Shown here piece by piece: positions 1 through 13,260 of a stretch of 64,000 nucleotides of DNA (its first letter is position 1; every line of letters starts with the position of its first letter). This DNA is from Octopus sinensis (Eukaryota). A model generated the notes under the pieces. That model saw nothing but the letters and a program-made list of their open reading frames with translations. It did no database searches and was not told the origin of the DNA. Position numbers and translations under genes: made by a program. The stretch covers positions 34,596,001 through 34,660,000 of the forward strand of contig NC_043006.1 in the NCBI RefSeq assembly GCF_006345805.1, read 5' to 3'.

Positions 1-1840
1 GCTCTATGGTTAAGAAGTCAGCATTCAGGTGCGAAAATACCTGGGCATAACAGGTCCCTTCAGAACTAGGTTCAACATCTGTAAGTTCTCATCTAACATC
101 CAAGAGAGGTGAGACGTCATATCTTTAGCAAGGTTCTTATGGGAATTGAAGGAGAATGTTATGGGTTATGACATCAGACGGAGGATCTGAGGTAAGTGTA
201 AACCTTACCTTAATGGTAATAGGAGGTTCGGATTCAGCATGGCTGAAAGAAGGATAATACTAAATAACTATATCCACCTTCCACCAAGACACTTACCTTA
301 ACTGTGAGGGTGAGGTTTTCTGATCCTGCCCTCATGAAAACAGATTTGTACTAGCATGTGTGTGTGTGTGTGTGTGTGTGCATGCATAAGGCCTGTGCAT
401 GGCTATGTGATTAGGACACTTGCTTCCTATCTTCATGGCTTCTGGTTCAATCTTGAGTGGATTTAGTAGATGGAAATGCAATGAAAGTTATCAAATATAT
501 GTAAGTGTATGTGCAAGCATGCATGTGTGTGTGTGTGTGTGTCTCTCTCTCTCTCTGTCTTCAAATCACAGTTTAGTCATAAATGAGTGCCATTATCATT
601 CATTTTTCAATATTTAAAAAAAAAAAAATATCTGGCTATTGGGAAATATTATCTTGCTTGAAAACAAGTGAAGGTTGGTGACAGGAAAAGCATCCAGCCA
701 TATAAAATCTGCTTCAATAAATTTCGTCTGACCTATGCAAGCATAAAAAAGTAGGGGTTAAAAAAAAAACAATGATGATGATGCCTGCCAGCTGCACCAT
801 TGGTATACTTCATGGTTTTTCTTCAAACTGAAGTCTGAGGAACAGTTAGAAGACTGTAGAACACAGATACAGATATAAACGACCATACACGATGTCAAAA
901 GTAACCATCCTCCACCCTATCCCATTTCCACTCCTGTCAGCTCTTATCCCAGCCCAAACCACATCCTACGAATAAACATTCCCCTGACCATGATGTTTTC
1001 GTTTTCACTCCCAATCCAAGGGACATAACTTCAAAGAACTAAAGAATTTCCTTCCTAGGTTTTTTTTGGCCTGGATGATTTTCATTCCAGTAGTTTTACA
1101 ACCTTTTAGAACAGCTGACTGGAAATGACACTTTTGGGCTTTCGGTGGAAAGGGCTTGTGCTATATCATTCCCTTTAAACTTTCCTGATGATTTTCGGGG
1201 TTACCATAACCCTGGTACGAAATCGATTCACTGAGATGAGAATATTATATTTAATTAATAACAACATGCCCACTCTATTTAATTAATACATGAGTGCCTG
1301 TTTTTTCTGACATGTGGAATTTTAAACACACACACACGTATGTACAAATATATAAGCATACATACACACAAACATGTATATGCATATATATATACACATA
1401 TACATGCAACATACACTTGATATACATGTATACATACATACAGATACATGTACTGATAAATGTACATGCACATACATGTATATATACATTTATACATACA
1501 CATACATAAACACAACACACACATGCTCACAGGAAACGATATGAAACACTGTTATAGCACATATGGAAACGGTTTCAGTGGAGAATAGGCTTAATCAAAA
1601 ATGATAATCAATTATTTAAATTAGTCATTTACTTCAATTCTTTTATGAATCTAATACAATTTAATTGCCCAACAATGTATAACATGTACATGTGTTCCCT
1701 ATATGTATGGTAATATTGAAACATGTTACATACAATAGACTTGAAAGGCATATGGGACACTCTTTGTTCCTTTGTGTGTGTGAATGTATGTATATATATA
1801 TGGATAGATATGCATATACATATATTACATTTATACACAG

Positions 1841-1871
<31 letters not shown>

Positions 1872-2468
1872 CACATACACGTGTATGTATGTATATACAT
1901 ACACATGTACACACACACACACGCATGCATGCATACATACATATACAGTGAAAAAAATTTTCCAAAGGATGCCTTCTGCATTAAGAACATATAGCTAAGT
2001 GAAGTTTACTATGCCTGATAAAGTGAGGCAAAAATAATTTGTAATTAAAGTTACAACTTAATGAGACAAAAACAAAAATAAACTCATTATTGTTAATATA
2101 ATTAATCTCAATCAGCCAAAATATTACTTTGGTGGAGGTATGCAGGAGAAAGAATGAGGCAACAATTCTAGATGTATTCCAGTCTTATTGGACCTCTTCT
2201 GAGAAATAGTGTTATGGCAGCCCAAACTTAAGAGCAACAAACAGAAACTTTTATGGAGAACAACCATGTCTGAAAAATTCGAAGTAGACATTTTTAAAGT
2301 AGGAAAATTTGCTATAAGAAAAAAATAGTTTTCTTATCAACCAATCTACAAGTTAGTGACAGGTAATTTCTTTAAAATGAATTATGTAGTTTACAGTCAA
2401 CTTGTACGTTTTCTTTCTGGTGAAATTTCCTACGGGCAAATTTTTCTATGGCAAAAATGTTTATAGGT

Positions 2469-2860
2469 GCAGGAGTGGCAGTGTGGTAAGTAGCTTGCTT
2501 ACCAACCACATGGTCCCGGGTTCAGTCCCACTGCGTGACACCTTGGGCAAGTGTCTTCTACTATAACCTCGGGCTGACCAAAGCCTTGTGAGTGGATTTG
2601 GTAGACAGAAACTGGAAGAAGCCCGTCATATATATGGGTGTGTGTGTGTGTGTGTGCGTTTGTGTGTGTATGTTTGTCATTCCAACATTGCTTGACAACC
2701 GATGCTGATGTGTTTATAACCCCATAACTTAGCGGTTCAGTAAAAGTGACCGATAGAATAAGTACTAGGCTTACAAAGAATTAGCTCTGGGGTTGATTTG
2801 CTTGACTAAAGGCGGTGCTCCAGCATGGCCACAGTCAAATACCTGAAACAAATAAAAGAG
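2469..2860 (+). mobile_element. tRNA-derived composite SINE family A (representative copy)
   Basis: A/B-box-like head (GGCAGTGTGGT...GGTTCAGTCCC), internal (TA)/(TG) tract, conserved tail ...GGCGGTGCTCCAGCATGGCC. Further full or partial copies at about 3312-3960(-), 7055-7420(-), 15770-16110(-), 16018-16300(+), 19565-19980(+), 20200-20560(-), 21190-21420(-), 23000-23210(-), 37535-37670(+), 40700-40850(-), 46985-47170(+), 50200-50535(-), 53820-54640(-), 57150-57255(-), 63215-63360(-). Confidence 0.85.
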
Positions 2861-3783
2861 TAAAGAGTGAAATTATCTTTATCTAAGAACAACATTTCCC
2901 AATTAGGTAAATCAAAATTACAATCTCAGAATGTAATTTTCATAATTGGCCCCAAAGTGCTTTCTATATGAAGAATCATCATCATCATCATTTAACGTCT
3001 GTTTTCTATGCTGGCATGGGTTGGACAAAAAATATATAACAAAACTCAGCACCTCAAGTATTGTAACATACTCTTAGCTATGTGGTCAAGCAGAAGACAT
3101 CAGAGAGAAAAGTTTCCATGTTATTGCTTTGACTTGCTTAATCATTTAATGTCCTTCACATAGGGACTGTTCTTTTCGGCCATTCAAGGTCTTAGTAGAC
3201 ATCAATAAGACTATGATCTGATGATGAAGTCTAATAAGGCTGTAATATGTCTGGAATTGTCACCATGATTGCTTAAGATTAAACTCTTCTGTGACCATTA
3301 TCTTTGATTTTTTACTTGTTTCAGTCATTAGACTGTGGCCATGCTGGGGCACCGCCCTGAAGAATTTTTAGTCAAATGAATCGCACCACCCAGTACTTTT
3401 TTTTTTCAGTCTGGTGCTTGTCGATCTCTTTTGTCAACTTAAGTTATGGAGATGTAGATATGTAAAAACACCAATACTAGTTGTCAAGCGGTGGGACACA
3501 TACACACCATCGTCGTATTCGTTTAACGTCCACTTTCCTTGCTGGCATGCGTTGGATGGTCTGACTGGAGGCTGCACCAGGCTCCAGTCTGGTCTGGCAA
3601 GGTTTCTACAGCTGGATGCCCTTCCTAATGCCAACCACTCAGAGAGTGTAGTGGATGCCTTTTATGTGCCACCAGCACAGGAGCCATTCAGGGGTGGGGA
3701 CTGGCATTGACCACATTTGGATGGTGTTTTTTACATGTCACCGGCACGGGAGCCAGTCAGGGGGTACTGGCATTGACCCCCAC

Positions 3784-3830
<47 letters not shown>

Positions 3831-5651
3831 ACACACGACTGGCTTCTTTCAGTTTCCGTCTGAGGTTGCAGTAGAAGATAGCTGCCTAAGGTGCCATGCA
3901 GTGGGACTGAGCCCAGAACTATGTGGTTGGGTAGCAAACTTCTTACCACACAGCCACTTTAGCTACCTTTTATATAAACCTTTTCTGCAAAATCTTGGAC
4001 AGACTGTTAATAAGTCAACTTAAACAATTAATATAAAATACAGTTACTCTGTAAGACATACTAAGTATATAAGCAATTTATATATGTATATATATTCTAA
4101 TAATGAGGAACATATGAGCCCTCGACAGAAAAAAGTAGGCTTTCCCATATGTGTATCTGTCAAGGGTTTATATGCCCCATCATTAGACTACTTTTTTTAG
4201 TCATTGCAGAATGATCGCTATAAGCTTTAAGCTTATAAAAAAAAATACCATTATTATTATTTACAGAATTGTAAAGCTCAACACCGCTTAACAAAACTAT
4301 TTGCACCAAAAGTACAAAGTTTGTTTACAAAAACAACTAGGAACTAATATAGTTCTTCAATTTGACAAAAAGGAGCAGGCTGGTTCACTGGTGTAATCGG
4401 CAACACACTTAGATGTGTTAACAAAGAGATGTGGTTTCGACTCCCATGCATACAGGAAAGCCTAATTTTTTCTGTCAAGGGCTTATATGCCCCATTATTA
4501 GACTATTTTTCTAAGTCATGGTGATTGCTATAAGCTTTAAGCTTATAAAACAATACCATCATTATTATTTACAGAATTGCAAAGCTTGACACTGCTTAAC
4601 AAAACCATTAGCACCAAAAGCATATATACATATATATGGACTGATAAACATCTGAGTTTATAGAGGAAGTTTATGTACTCAACATATGAAACAAATTTAC
4701 AGTTCAAGAAGTTGAGGCTCCTTGAACTACAACTCTGATTTTTCAAGTTTTCAACTGCCTGACTAGCCCTTGTGCCGGTGGCATGTAAAAGCACCCACTA
4801 CACTCTTGGAGAGGTTGGCATTAGGAAGGGCATCCAGCTGAAGAAACTTTGTCAAATCAGATTGGAACCCGGTGCAGCCTTCTGGTTCACCAGTCCTCAG
4901 TCCAACCATCCAACCCGTGCCAGCATGGAAAGCAGACGTTAAACGATGACGACGATGATATAGTCATATCATTCGAACAATCAGAAATGTAAACCTGCAA
5001 ATTATAATTCACGATAGTTCTGCTTTTCACACACACACACACACAAACACACATACACATATATGCCATGTGTGTGCAAGCAACTAAAGCAAGCTGACAT
5101 TTGAGTTTACAGATGATATACAAACTAGAAAAGCAGAGATCAACATCTGTTTCACAGCAAGTAGAGGTAAACAGATGAAATAATAATAATAACGATTTCA
5201 AATTTTTGCTACAAAGGTAGCTTGGGGGGGGGATTAAGTCAATTACATTGACCCCAATGTGTAACTAGTACTTATTTAATCGACCCTGAAAAGATGAAAG
5301 GCAAAGTTGACCTCAGCGGAATTTGAACTCAGAACATAGTGGCAGACGAAATAATGCTAAGCGTTTCACCTGGTGTGCAAACAATTCTGCCAGCTCACCG
5401 CTTTAATAATAATAATAATTTCTACTCTGAGAACAAGGCCTTGAAAATTTTGGGGCAAAGGGGATAGTCAATTACATCGACCCCTGTGTGTAACTGGTAC
5501 TTATTTCATTGACACCGAAAGGATGAAAAGCAAAGTCAACCTCGGAATTAGAACTGAGAATGTAGCAGCAGATGAAATACTGCTAATAGTTTCACCTGGC
5601 ATGCTAACGTTTCTGTCAGCTCACCGCCTTAATAATAATAATAATAATAAT

Positions 5652-5800
5652 ACCCTACAAAAGTTGGCATTACTTGGAACTGGACACATATTGTGTAAAG
5701 TAGTCTGTCTGACGTCCGTGTCATGACTTGACAAACCACCATCAGACACAATATCTTCAATCAACAATCTCGTGATATTGTGTACTGTGCGACGTCTATA
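5652..5800 (+). mobile_element. 3' fragment of an R4/Dong-like non-LTR element in a (TAA)n tract
   Basis: Encodes LQKLALLGTGHIL, resembling the C-terminal QKxALLGTAxIL of restriction-endonuclease-type LINEs; flanked by (AAT)n on both sides. Confidence 0.45.
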
Positions 5801-6729
5801 ATAATGATAATAATAATAATAATGATAATGATAATAATAATGATGATAATGATACTAATAACAATAGTAAACATATGAAGCTTTGGCATAGAAGCATGAG
5901 CAAAACACATTCTTGCCTGATTTGAGTTCACTCACTTTTAATCTGTTGTTCATAATATTCTGGTTATTGTTTGTCTGAGGGAAATAGTTTGAGATTAAGA
6001 AACATTATAAATGTGTACGTGTGTGTGTTTATTTGTTTTGGCTGATCAACAGAGTCACTCTCTAAAAATCTATGACCTGACCCATAAGCCAACAAAAACG
6101 GAAGAGCTGCGACATGGTTGCTTGACTTGGTATAATCAACAGTCAAATCCTGCTCAAATCACATCTATCTAGATATGCCAAGTTTAAATAAAAAAAAAAA
6201 GGTGATGTTCATGACTGGAATGTCTTTGATCACAGGTCTGTTTAATCAGAAGAGAGAAGTTGCTGAACTTCAACAACCATCATTGGCTCCTAACTGAGTG
6301 GGCTGTTTCTTCACTATCTCTTCTCCTCCTTGAATAGCTTCTAACAAACAAACTGAATGCATATCATTTCTGGCCCAGCCCACATAATACATCAGCCTCT
6401 CAGCATGTTTGTCTTGTCCCATCTACTAGGTCTTGTACAAAAGATTTTCCTCTATTATTTGCCATATATGCAAACCCTTGAAATTCTCTCATGCTCTAGC
6501 TCATTTTACATTATATATATATATATATATTTATTATATGGCCCAAATAGATTTATAGTTATCACATAGGCACTTTAAATTTCTTTTAAAACATTTTATT
6601 ACATTTAAATTTCTATCTTACAAACTGGAAAGGGAACTTGACAAAATTAACTAAATTAGCATAGAATGCGAAAGAGATAGTTGAATAACCGTAAACCTAC
6701 TTTTGGGCCACACTGTATACATATATGTG

Positions 6730-6900
6730 AAGGCGCATGGCTCAGTGGTTAGGGAGTGTTGCACTCATGATTGCGAGATTGTGGGTTCGATTCCCAGATC
6801 AGATGTTGCATTGTGTTCTTGAGCAAAGCACTTCATTTCACATTGCTCTGCGATCATTTCGTCATCTGACGTGGCACTCGCTGCACCTGTACAGGTAATG
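6730..6900 (+). mobile_element. tRNA-derived SINE family D
   Basis: GGCGCATGGCTCAGTGGTTAG...GGGTTCGATTCCC head, then TTGAGCAAAGCACTTCATTTCAC; second copy at ~8990-9103. Confidence 0.7.
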
Positions 6901-9104
6901 AGTATATGTCTATACAAGCATTTGATGACTATACACAAATCTTCTGTGTGGTTGTTCAATAAGAAATTGTCAAACCCTCATACGTTATCTAATGACAGGA
7001 GAGTCCATTATATATATATATGTGTGTGTGTATATATATATTTATATATATTCGTTTATTTGTTTCAGTCATTTGACTGTGACTATGCTGGAGCACTGCC
7101 CTTAGTCAAACAAATCAACCCCAGGATTTATTCTTTGTAAGTCTAGTACTTATTCTATCGGTCCCTTCTGCCGAACCGCTAAGTTACGGGGACGTAAACA
7201 CACCAACATCGGTTAAGCGATGGTGGTGGGGTCAAACACAGACATACAAACATACACACACTTACAATGGGCTTCTTTCAGTTTCTGTGTACCAAATCCA
7301 CTCACAAGGCTTTGGTTGGCCTGAGGCTATAGAAGAAGACACTTGCCCAAGGTGCCACACAGTGGAACTGAACCCAGAACAATGTGGTTGGTAAACAAGC
7401 TACTTACCACACAACCACTCCATCATCATTTAACATATGTCTTTCATGCTGGCATGGGTTGGACAGTTTGAACAGAGATAGCAAATTGGAGATCTGCACC
7501 AAGTTCCAGCCTGATTTGACTTGGTTTCTATGACTGAATGCCTTTCCTAACTAACAACTTTACAGTGTGCTGGGTGGTTTTACACGGTGCCGGCAGGGGA
7601 ATCTTTTTTATACATTGTGCCAGCAGAGGTGCTTTTACATGGCACCTACATGATCAATAGAAGTTAAGAAACCTTCCTCCAACTGAAGCTTATGGGTCTT
7701 GCCCCTTCTTCAACTAATTAATAGCAATAAATTACACACACACACACACAAACTGATATTTTGACCTGAGTAAAGCACCCTAAACACTCAGCAATGTACC
7801 TTCACTAAAAGAAAATGCAATAACACACTGGACAATGTAGCTCTGGATATACTATGCATGAATAAAAAGACAGAACAGGCACAGCTGATGGACTTTTAAC
7901 CTTAAACCTGCCCACTTAATGCAATTTGAGATCAAACAACAATACACAGCACATATCATATATACACACACACACACACATCATCATCATCATCATCTAA
8001 CATCCACTTGCTATGCCGGCATGAGCTGGATGATTCAACAGCATTCAGCAAGCCCCTGGGGCTGTGTCAAGCTCCCAGGTCAGCTTTGGCATGGTTTCTA
8101 TGGTTGGACAGGCTCTGTAATGCCAACTACTTTACAGTGTGTACAGGGTGCTTAAAGGCACCATAATTTCTCTATATCTTTCGATGTGTGAAAGACTTTT
8201 AGATCTTTTTAGAAAAGCAATGTGGGCCATTTCATGGAATGTCTGCTACTTTGACCTAGCAAAGTATAAATGACATCATTATAGGGTTTAATGATGATTA
8301 CTTTCTTCACATCAATTTTTAATGAGTAAGTTCTTTTTATGTTGTTGTTGTTGTTTTTAAAAATTATAATGACCTTTCACTAAAAGTAATTATTGTATTC
8401 GATCTTTTCCAAAAAGCAATAACAACACAAACACAAATAAAACAACACACATGGCTGTTTCTCTCAACGTCTTCAATGAATTAAATTCAATTTAAATAAG
8501 ACAGAAAAACAACTCTTAACGAATAATTTATGAAAGAAAAAATTAACAGCATCATCAACATGCTTGATAGCAAATAATGAACATTAAATACTCTGAAACA
8601 ACAAAACAAAAACAAGTATAATTAAAATTGTTATTTTGTTTTCAGTTGTTCTATATTTTCTGAATTTCAAAAACCATTATTGCTTTCCACTAATGTTTTA
8701 CTCAAACAATTTCTAGTAATATTTTTGTATTTTCCTGTAAAATAATGAGCTTTATCTAATTCTGAAGTACTTAGGTATTTAAAAAAAAGAATAACAAAAC
8801 AAAGAAAAAACTGTAGGTATTTATAATTGCTTGTAATATCATAGACATCATCTCATATTCCATAACTTCATTTTCAGCACCATCTAATGTATACATACAC
8901 ACACACGTGTACATACATGTGCTTGTAGATATTTATAGGTTTGGTGTTACAAATAGGAAAACCAGAACTTAAGAGTATATATAGATTCTGTGGAGGCGCG
9001 TGGCCTAGTGGTTAGGGTGTCAGCATCATGATTGTAAGATTGTGGTTTCGATTCTTGGACCGGGCGACGCGTTGTATTCTTCAGCAAAACACTCTCCTGT
9101 GTAT

Positions 9105-10075
9105 GCACACTGACATTACACATCCAGCGGAGCATACTAGCTTCATTTCTTGCAAGCTTACGCATGTCCTCATCAGTCACAACCTATGTTTCACTGCCGT
9201 GTAGCATGGCTGTTCACACACAGTCTACCTTTCACTCTGAGCAAGAGGTCCTTTGTTACCAGTAGAGGCAGGAGCTCTCTGAACTTTACCCAGGCTATTC
9301 TTATTCTAGCAGCTACACTCTAGAATAAGTAGCATCCATTTATGCTACTTATTCTAGAGTGTATAAGAATAAGCATCCACCCCCCCCCCTACTGACTTGG
9401 TCACCAAGGTATGTGACAGAAGCTGTTTTCTGCACATTTTCAGTGTTTATTGCCCCTGTGCATTTGTCACACACAAAAACTAACTTCCCAGTTAGCCTTC
9501 CTTTGATATTACTGCACCTCTTATGTGTCTTTAGCTTACACTGGGTACATCGTATGGAGTTTCTACCTACGTTTTTTCTACAGATTGAGCAGGGAATTGT
9601 GATTTGTCTACCCTCCTATTTACTAAGACTTTGGTTTTTGCTAGATTGACTCTAAGGCCCTTCACTTCTAGACCTTGCTTCCACACCTGAAACTTCTCTA
9701 GTTCTGATAGTGACTCAGCTATTAGAGCAAGGTCATCAGCAGAGAGAAGCTCCCAGAGCGATCCTGTCTTGAATTCTTCTGTTATTGCCTGGAGGATTAT
9801 GATGAATAAGAAGGGGCTGAGGACTGATCCTTGGTGGACCCCTACCCGGAATTCTTCACTATACTTATTGCCAACCCTCACCTTACTGACAGCATCCCTG
9901 TACATGGCTTGTACAGCTCTCACTAACCACTAATCTATCCCTAGTTTCCACATGGACCACCAGATATGGGATCAGGGAACCCTGTCAAAAACTTTCTCCA
10001 TGTCAATGAAAGGCAAGTACAGGGGTTTATCTTTGGTTAGGTATTTCTCTGCAGCTGTCTTACCAGAAATATAAC
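9105..10075 (-). mobile_element. Degraded RTE-clade LINE (RT core + PHD-like insert)
   Basis: FIDMEKVFDRVP, GVHQGSVLSPFLF, LSADDLAL, VNLAKTKVL, YLGDQV, LRKLARNEASMLRWMC; same family as 61510-62962. Confidence 0.92.
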
Positions 10076-10338
10076 TCCAAGGCTATCTATTTACTTAAAT
10101 TTTTGAAAATATGCAAAATGTAGTATGGAGTGGATCTTGTCTGTAATGTGTAGTGTAAGCAAAAGACAAGTTTCAACCTTATTAAAATCGCAAGCATAAA
10201 AAAAAATAAAAACACATGGCTAATGGAATAAAAACTTGATGTCAAAAATTTGACAACAAAACAAATCAACATGTGACAGCTGATGTAAAAGTCCAATGGT
10301 CAAAATATATTTGCTGAGAAAGTCAACATGTATTTTAC

Positions 10339-10456
10339 CAATATATAAAGAAACAATGCAGAAATGCCAAATCTATTCAATTCTTGAAAATGAGACTGAA
10401 GATCTGGAAATGCTGGATATGAATTTTGAGATTTTATTCTTACAAACTGTAGGAAC
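10339..10456 (-). CDS. Candidate coding exon of unidentified minus-strand gene
   Basis: Strong acceptor ttttttgtattttcttactag|G, donor TTG|gtaaaa, 118 nt open: FLQFVRIKSQNSYPAFPDLQSHFQELNRFGISALFLYIL. No family recognised. Confidence 0.35.
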
Positions 10457-11119
10457 CTAGTAAGAAAATACAAAAAATCTAAAATAAAAAAGAAAAAGAT
10501 AAAACTTGAACATGGTTGTATATCTAACCCTTTTTTTTTTGTTTTTACCTGGCCAAATCGGGCCCAGATATTCTACCTGTTTTATGTCCACACTAGGCAG
10601 ATCCTGCCTCTCACACCCACCTTGCAATGTGATTCTAAAAATAAACAATTACATCCTTAAAATCTCAAAGCTACAAGATAAAACAAGATTAGTTTTTAAA
10701 AAATAAATAAGCATTACATTTGACAAAATAATCTGAATGCTAAAGAGTTAATGAAACATATATAGACATATATCATCATTATCATCGTTTAACATCTGCG
10801 TATCATGCTGGCATGGGTTGGATGGCTTGACAGGAGCTGGCCAGGCAGAAGATTGCACCAGACTTCTGTCAGTTTTGGCATAAATCTCTTTATAATTATG
10901 TACATTTTGTCATCATGCAAATATATGTGTACTTAGCTTTTTCTTTAGTTGCTCTTTTGTTTTTTGCTTTTTAAATTGTAATTATAAAAACACATAACAC
11001 AAAATATCTGTTCCAAACTATGTATTTTAATTTTCAAAAACTTTTGGTAGCTAACACTATTGGAGTTATCCCCCTTCTTGCTCTAAGATTTTTAAATAAT
11101 CAGATAGCATTTGCCTTTT

Positions 11120-11865
11120 CATCATCATCATCGTCGTCGTCGTTTAACATCTGCTTTCCATACTGGCATGAGTTGGATGGTTTCACTGAGGGCTGGTGAG
11201 CCAGAAGGTTGCACCAGGCTCCAATCTGATCTGGCAAAGTTTCTACAGCTGGATACCTTTCCTAACGCCAAGCACTCCAAGAGTGTAGTGGGTACTTTTA
11301 TGTGCCACCGGCACAGGCAGTTCTGGCAACAACTATTTTCAAAAGGTAACTTTTATGTGATACATGCATGGGAGCCAGTCCAGCGGCACTGGCAACAACC
11401 ACACTCAAATCGTGTTTTTTCATGTGCCAGTAAGCAACAATCACGCTCGAATGATGATTTTTACATGCCACTTGCACGTGAGCCAATCAGTGGCCCTGGC
11501 AACGATCACACTTAGATGGTGCTTTTAACATTTCACTGGTACGAGTGTCAATCAGGCAGTACTGTCATCAGCCACGTCAGTGATTTTGATTTCACTTGCC
11601 TCAACAGGTCTTCACAAGCAAAGTTTGTTCAATGAATGAGGGGTACTCATAAGTGGGCTGGTTACACCCACTGGCATAGGTCACAGGTCTCACTTGGCTT
11701 GTTGGGTCTTCTCAAGCACAGCATATCTCCAAATGTCTCGGTCACTAGTCATTGCCCTGGTAAGGCCCAACGATCGAAGGTCATGCTTCACCACCTCATC
11801 CCAGGTCTTCCTGGGTTTACTTCTTCCACAGGTTCCCTCAACTGCTAGGGTGTGACACTTTTAAA
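11120..11865 (-). mobile_element. RTE LINE 3' fragment (ORF end + 3' UTR)
   Basis: Reverse complement of AVEGTCGRGKPRKTWDEVVKHDLR plus the (CAT)n-led tail. Confidence 0.85.
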
Positions 11866-12000
11866 TGCAACAATCTTGGGTATCAGAAGATTTCCAATTT
11901 ACCACATTACCCAGTTAAGATTCTAGTATGTATATTTAGCAAGCAGAATACACCCTTGGCATATTTTAACCTCACTCCCAACACAAATACACAAGATATA

Positions 12001-12690
12001 CAGAGTGCAATGGGTAAATTGTCACCATTTTATATTTTTAATTTCGCACATTGTTTGTTTTTGATTTTGTCAACTTCACAATATAGTTGGGTCAGATGGG
12101 CACCGTCTGTGAGAAAAACAGTACCATGATGCAATTCACTCTGCCAGAAATTTGGAAATGACATGCTGTACTAATTGGCTTTTGCACTGCAAGTGATAAA
12201 AATCTCACCATTTGTGAGAAAAACAGCACAATGCTGCCCTGGGTCAAGAGAGTGGCTGCTAGAAGACCCTGTGTCTGGCAACAGGACTCTGCACCATGCT
12301 ACACAAGCAGGAGAACCCAGTCATAGTTGTCAGACAATTTCTGTGACCACATCACCCCTAACATCTGGCCACCTAACTCCCCAGATTGCAACCCCTCCTT
12401 GATTATTATGCATGGGGTGCAATTGAGTGAAAGATCAACAAAACTCCTTGTAACACCAAAGATGAACTGAAGGCAAGGATTATGGCAGAATTCACCAACT
12501 TAAATAAGGAGACTGTCCAGGAGATTCCAAAGTCGTCTGGGGCCAATGGCAATTTTATTGAATAAATTTACTCTTTTGCATTTCAAGATATTTTCATGTA
12601 ATTCTGATAAAAAATATATCTGTTAAAATAGATGTTGGTATTATTTTCATTTTTGTGTAATTTTGACGACAATCTATTCAGTGCTCCTTG
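12001..12690 (+). mobile_element. Internally deleted Tc1/mariner element
   Basis: TA flanks (11999-12000, 12691-12692), imperfect TIRs CAGAGTGCAATGGGTAAATTGTC / GACAATCTATTCAGTGCTCCTTG, transposase remnant WQQDSAPC...WPPNSPDCNPLDYY...NTKDELKARI with stops. Confidence 0.88.
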
Positions 12691-12829
12691 TACATATATG
12701 TATGTTATCAATAGTTTATCAAATAGATAATTTTCTCCTTAACCATAGTAAAGTTGGCTACTTAACATGGTGGTGGCAGTGTAGAGGTGCTTGGTGATAA
12801 GATGGTTGAAAGCAAAGCAGATGACCTGT

Positions 12830-13260
12830 GTGTATATCAGTTATATGCCTTTACTTGTATGTATGCATGCATAAGCGTCAATATATAAGTGAAGGTGTGC
12901 ATGTGGGTGGGTGTGTATGTGCAGGTATGCATGCGTATGTAGTGTGTATGCATGTGTCTCTATGCATGTGTATATATGCAAGTGTGTATATGCATGTGTG
13001 TATGTGCATGTGTGCATATGCATGTGTGTATATGCATGTGTATATATATATTTGCAAGTGTATATATATGCAAGTGTGCATATGCATGTGTGTATATGCA
13101 TGTGTATATGCATGAGTATATGCATGTGTATATGCGCGTGTGTATATGCGTGTGTGTATATGCGTGTGTGTGTATATGCGTGTGTGTGTATATGCGTGTG
13201 TGTGTATATGTGTGTGTATGCATGTGTGTGTGTATGTGCATGCCTGTATCTATGTGTGTG
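12830..13260. repeat. (TG/TA) compound microsatellite with TATATGCATGTG-like units
   Basis: Direct reading. Confidence 0.92.

Noticed and set aside
2469-2545. tRNA-like heads here and at 6730, 8990, 16018, 19565, 26190
   Set aside because: A/B boxes are present, but there is no complete cloverleaf and they run into SINE bodies, so these are not tRNA genes.
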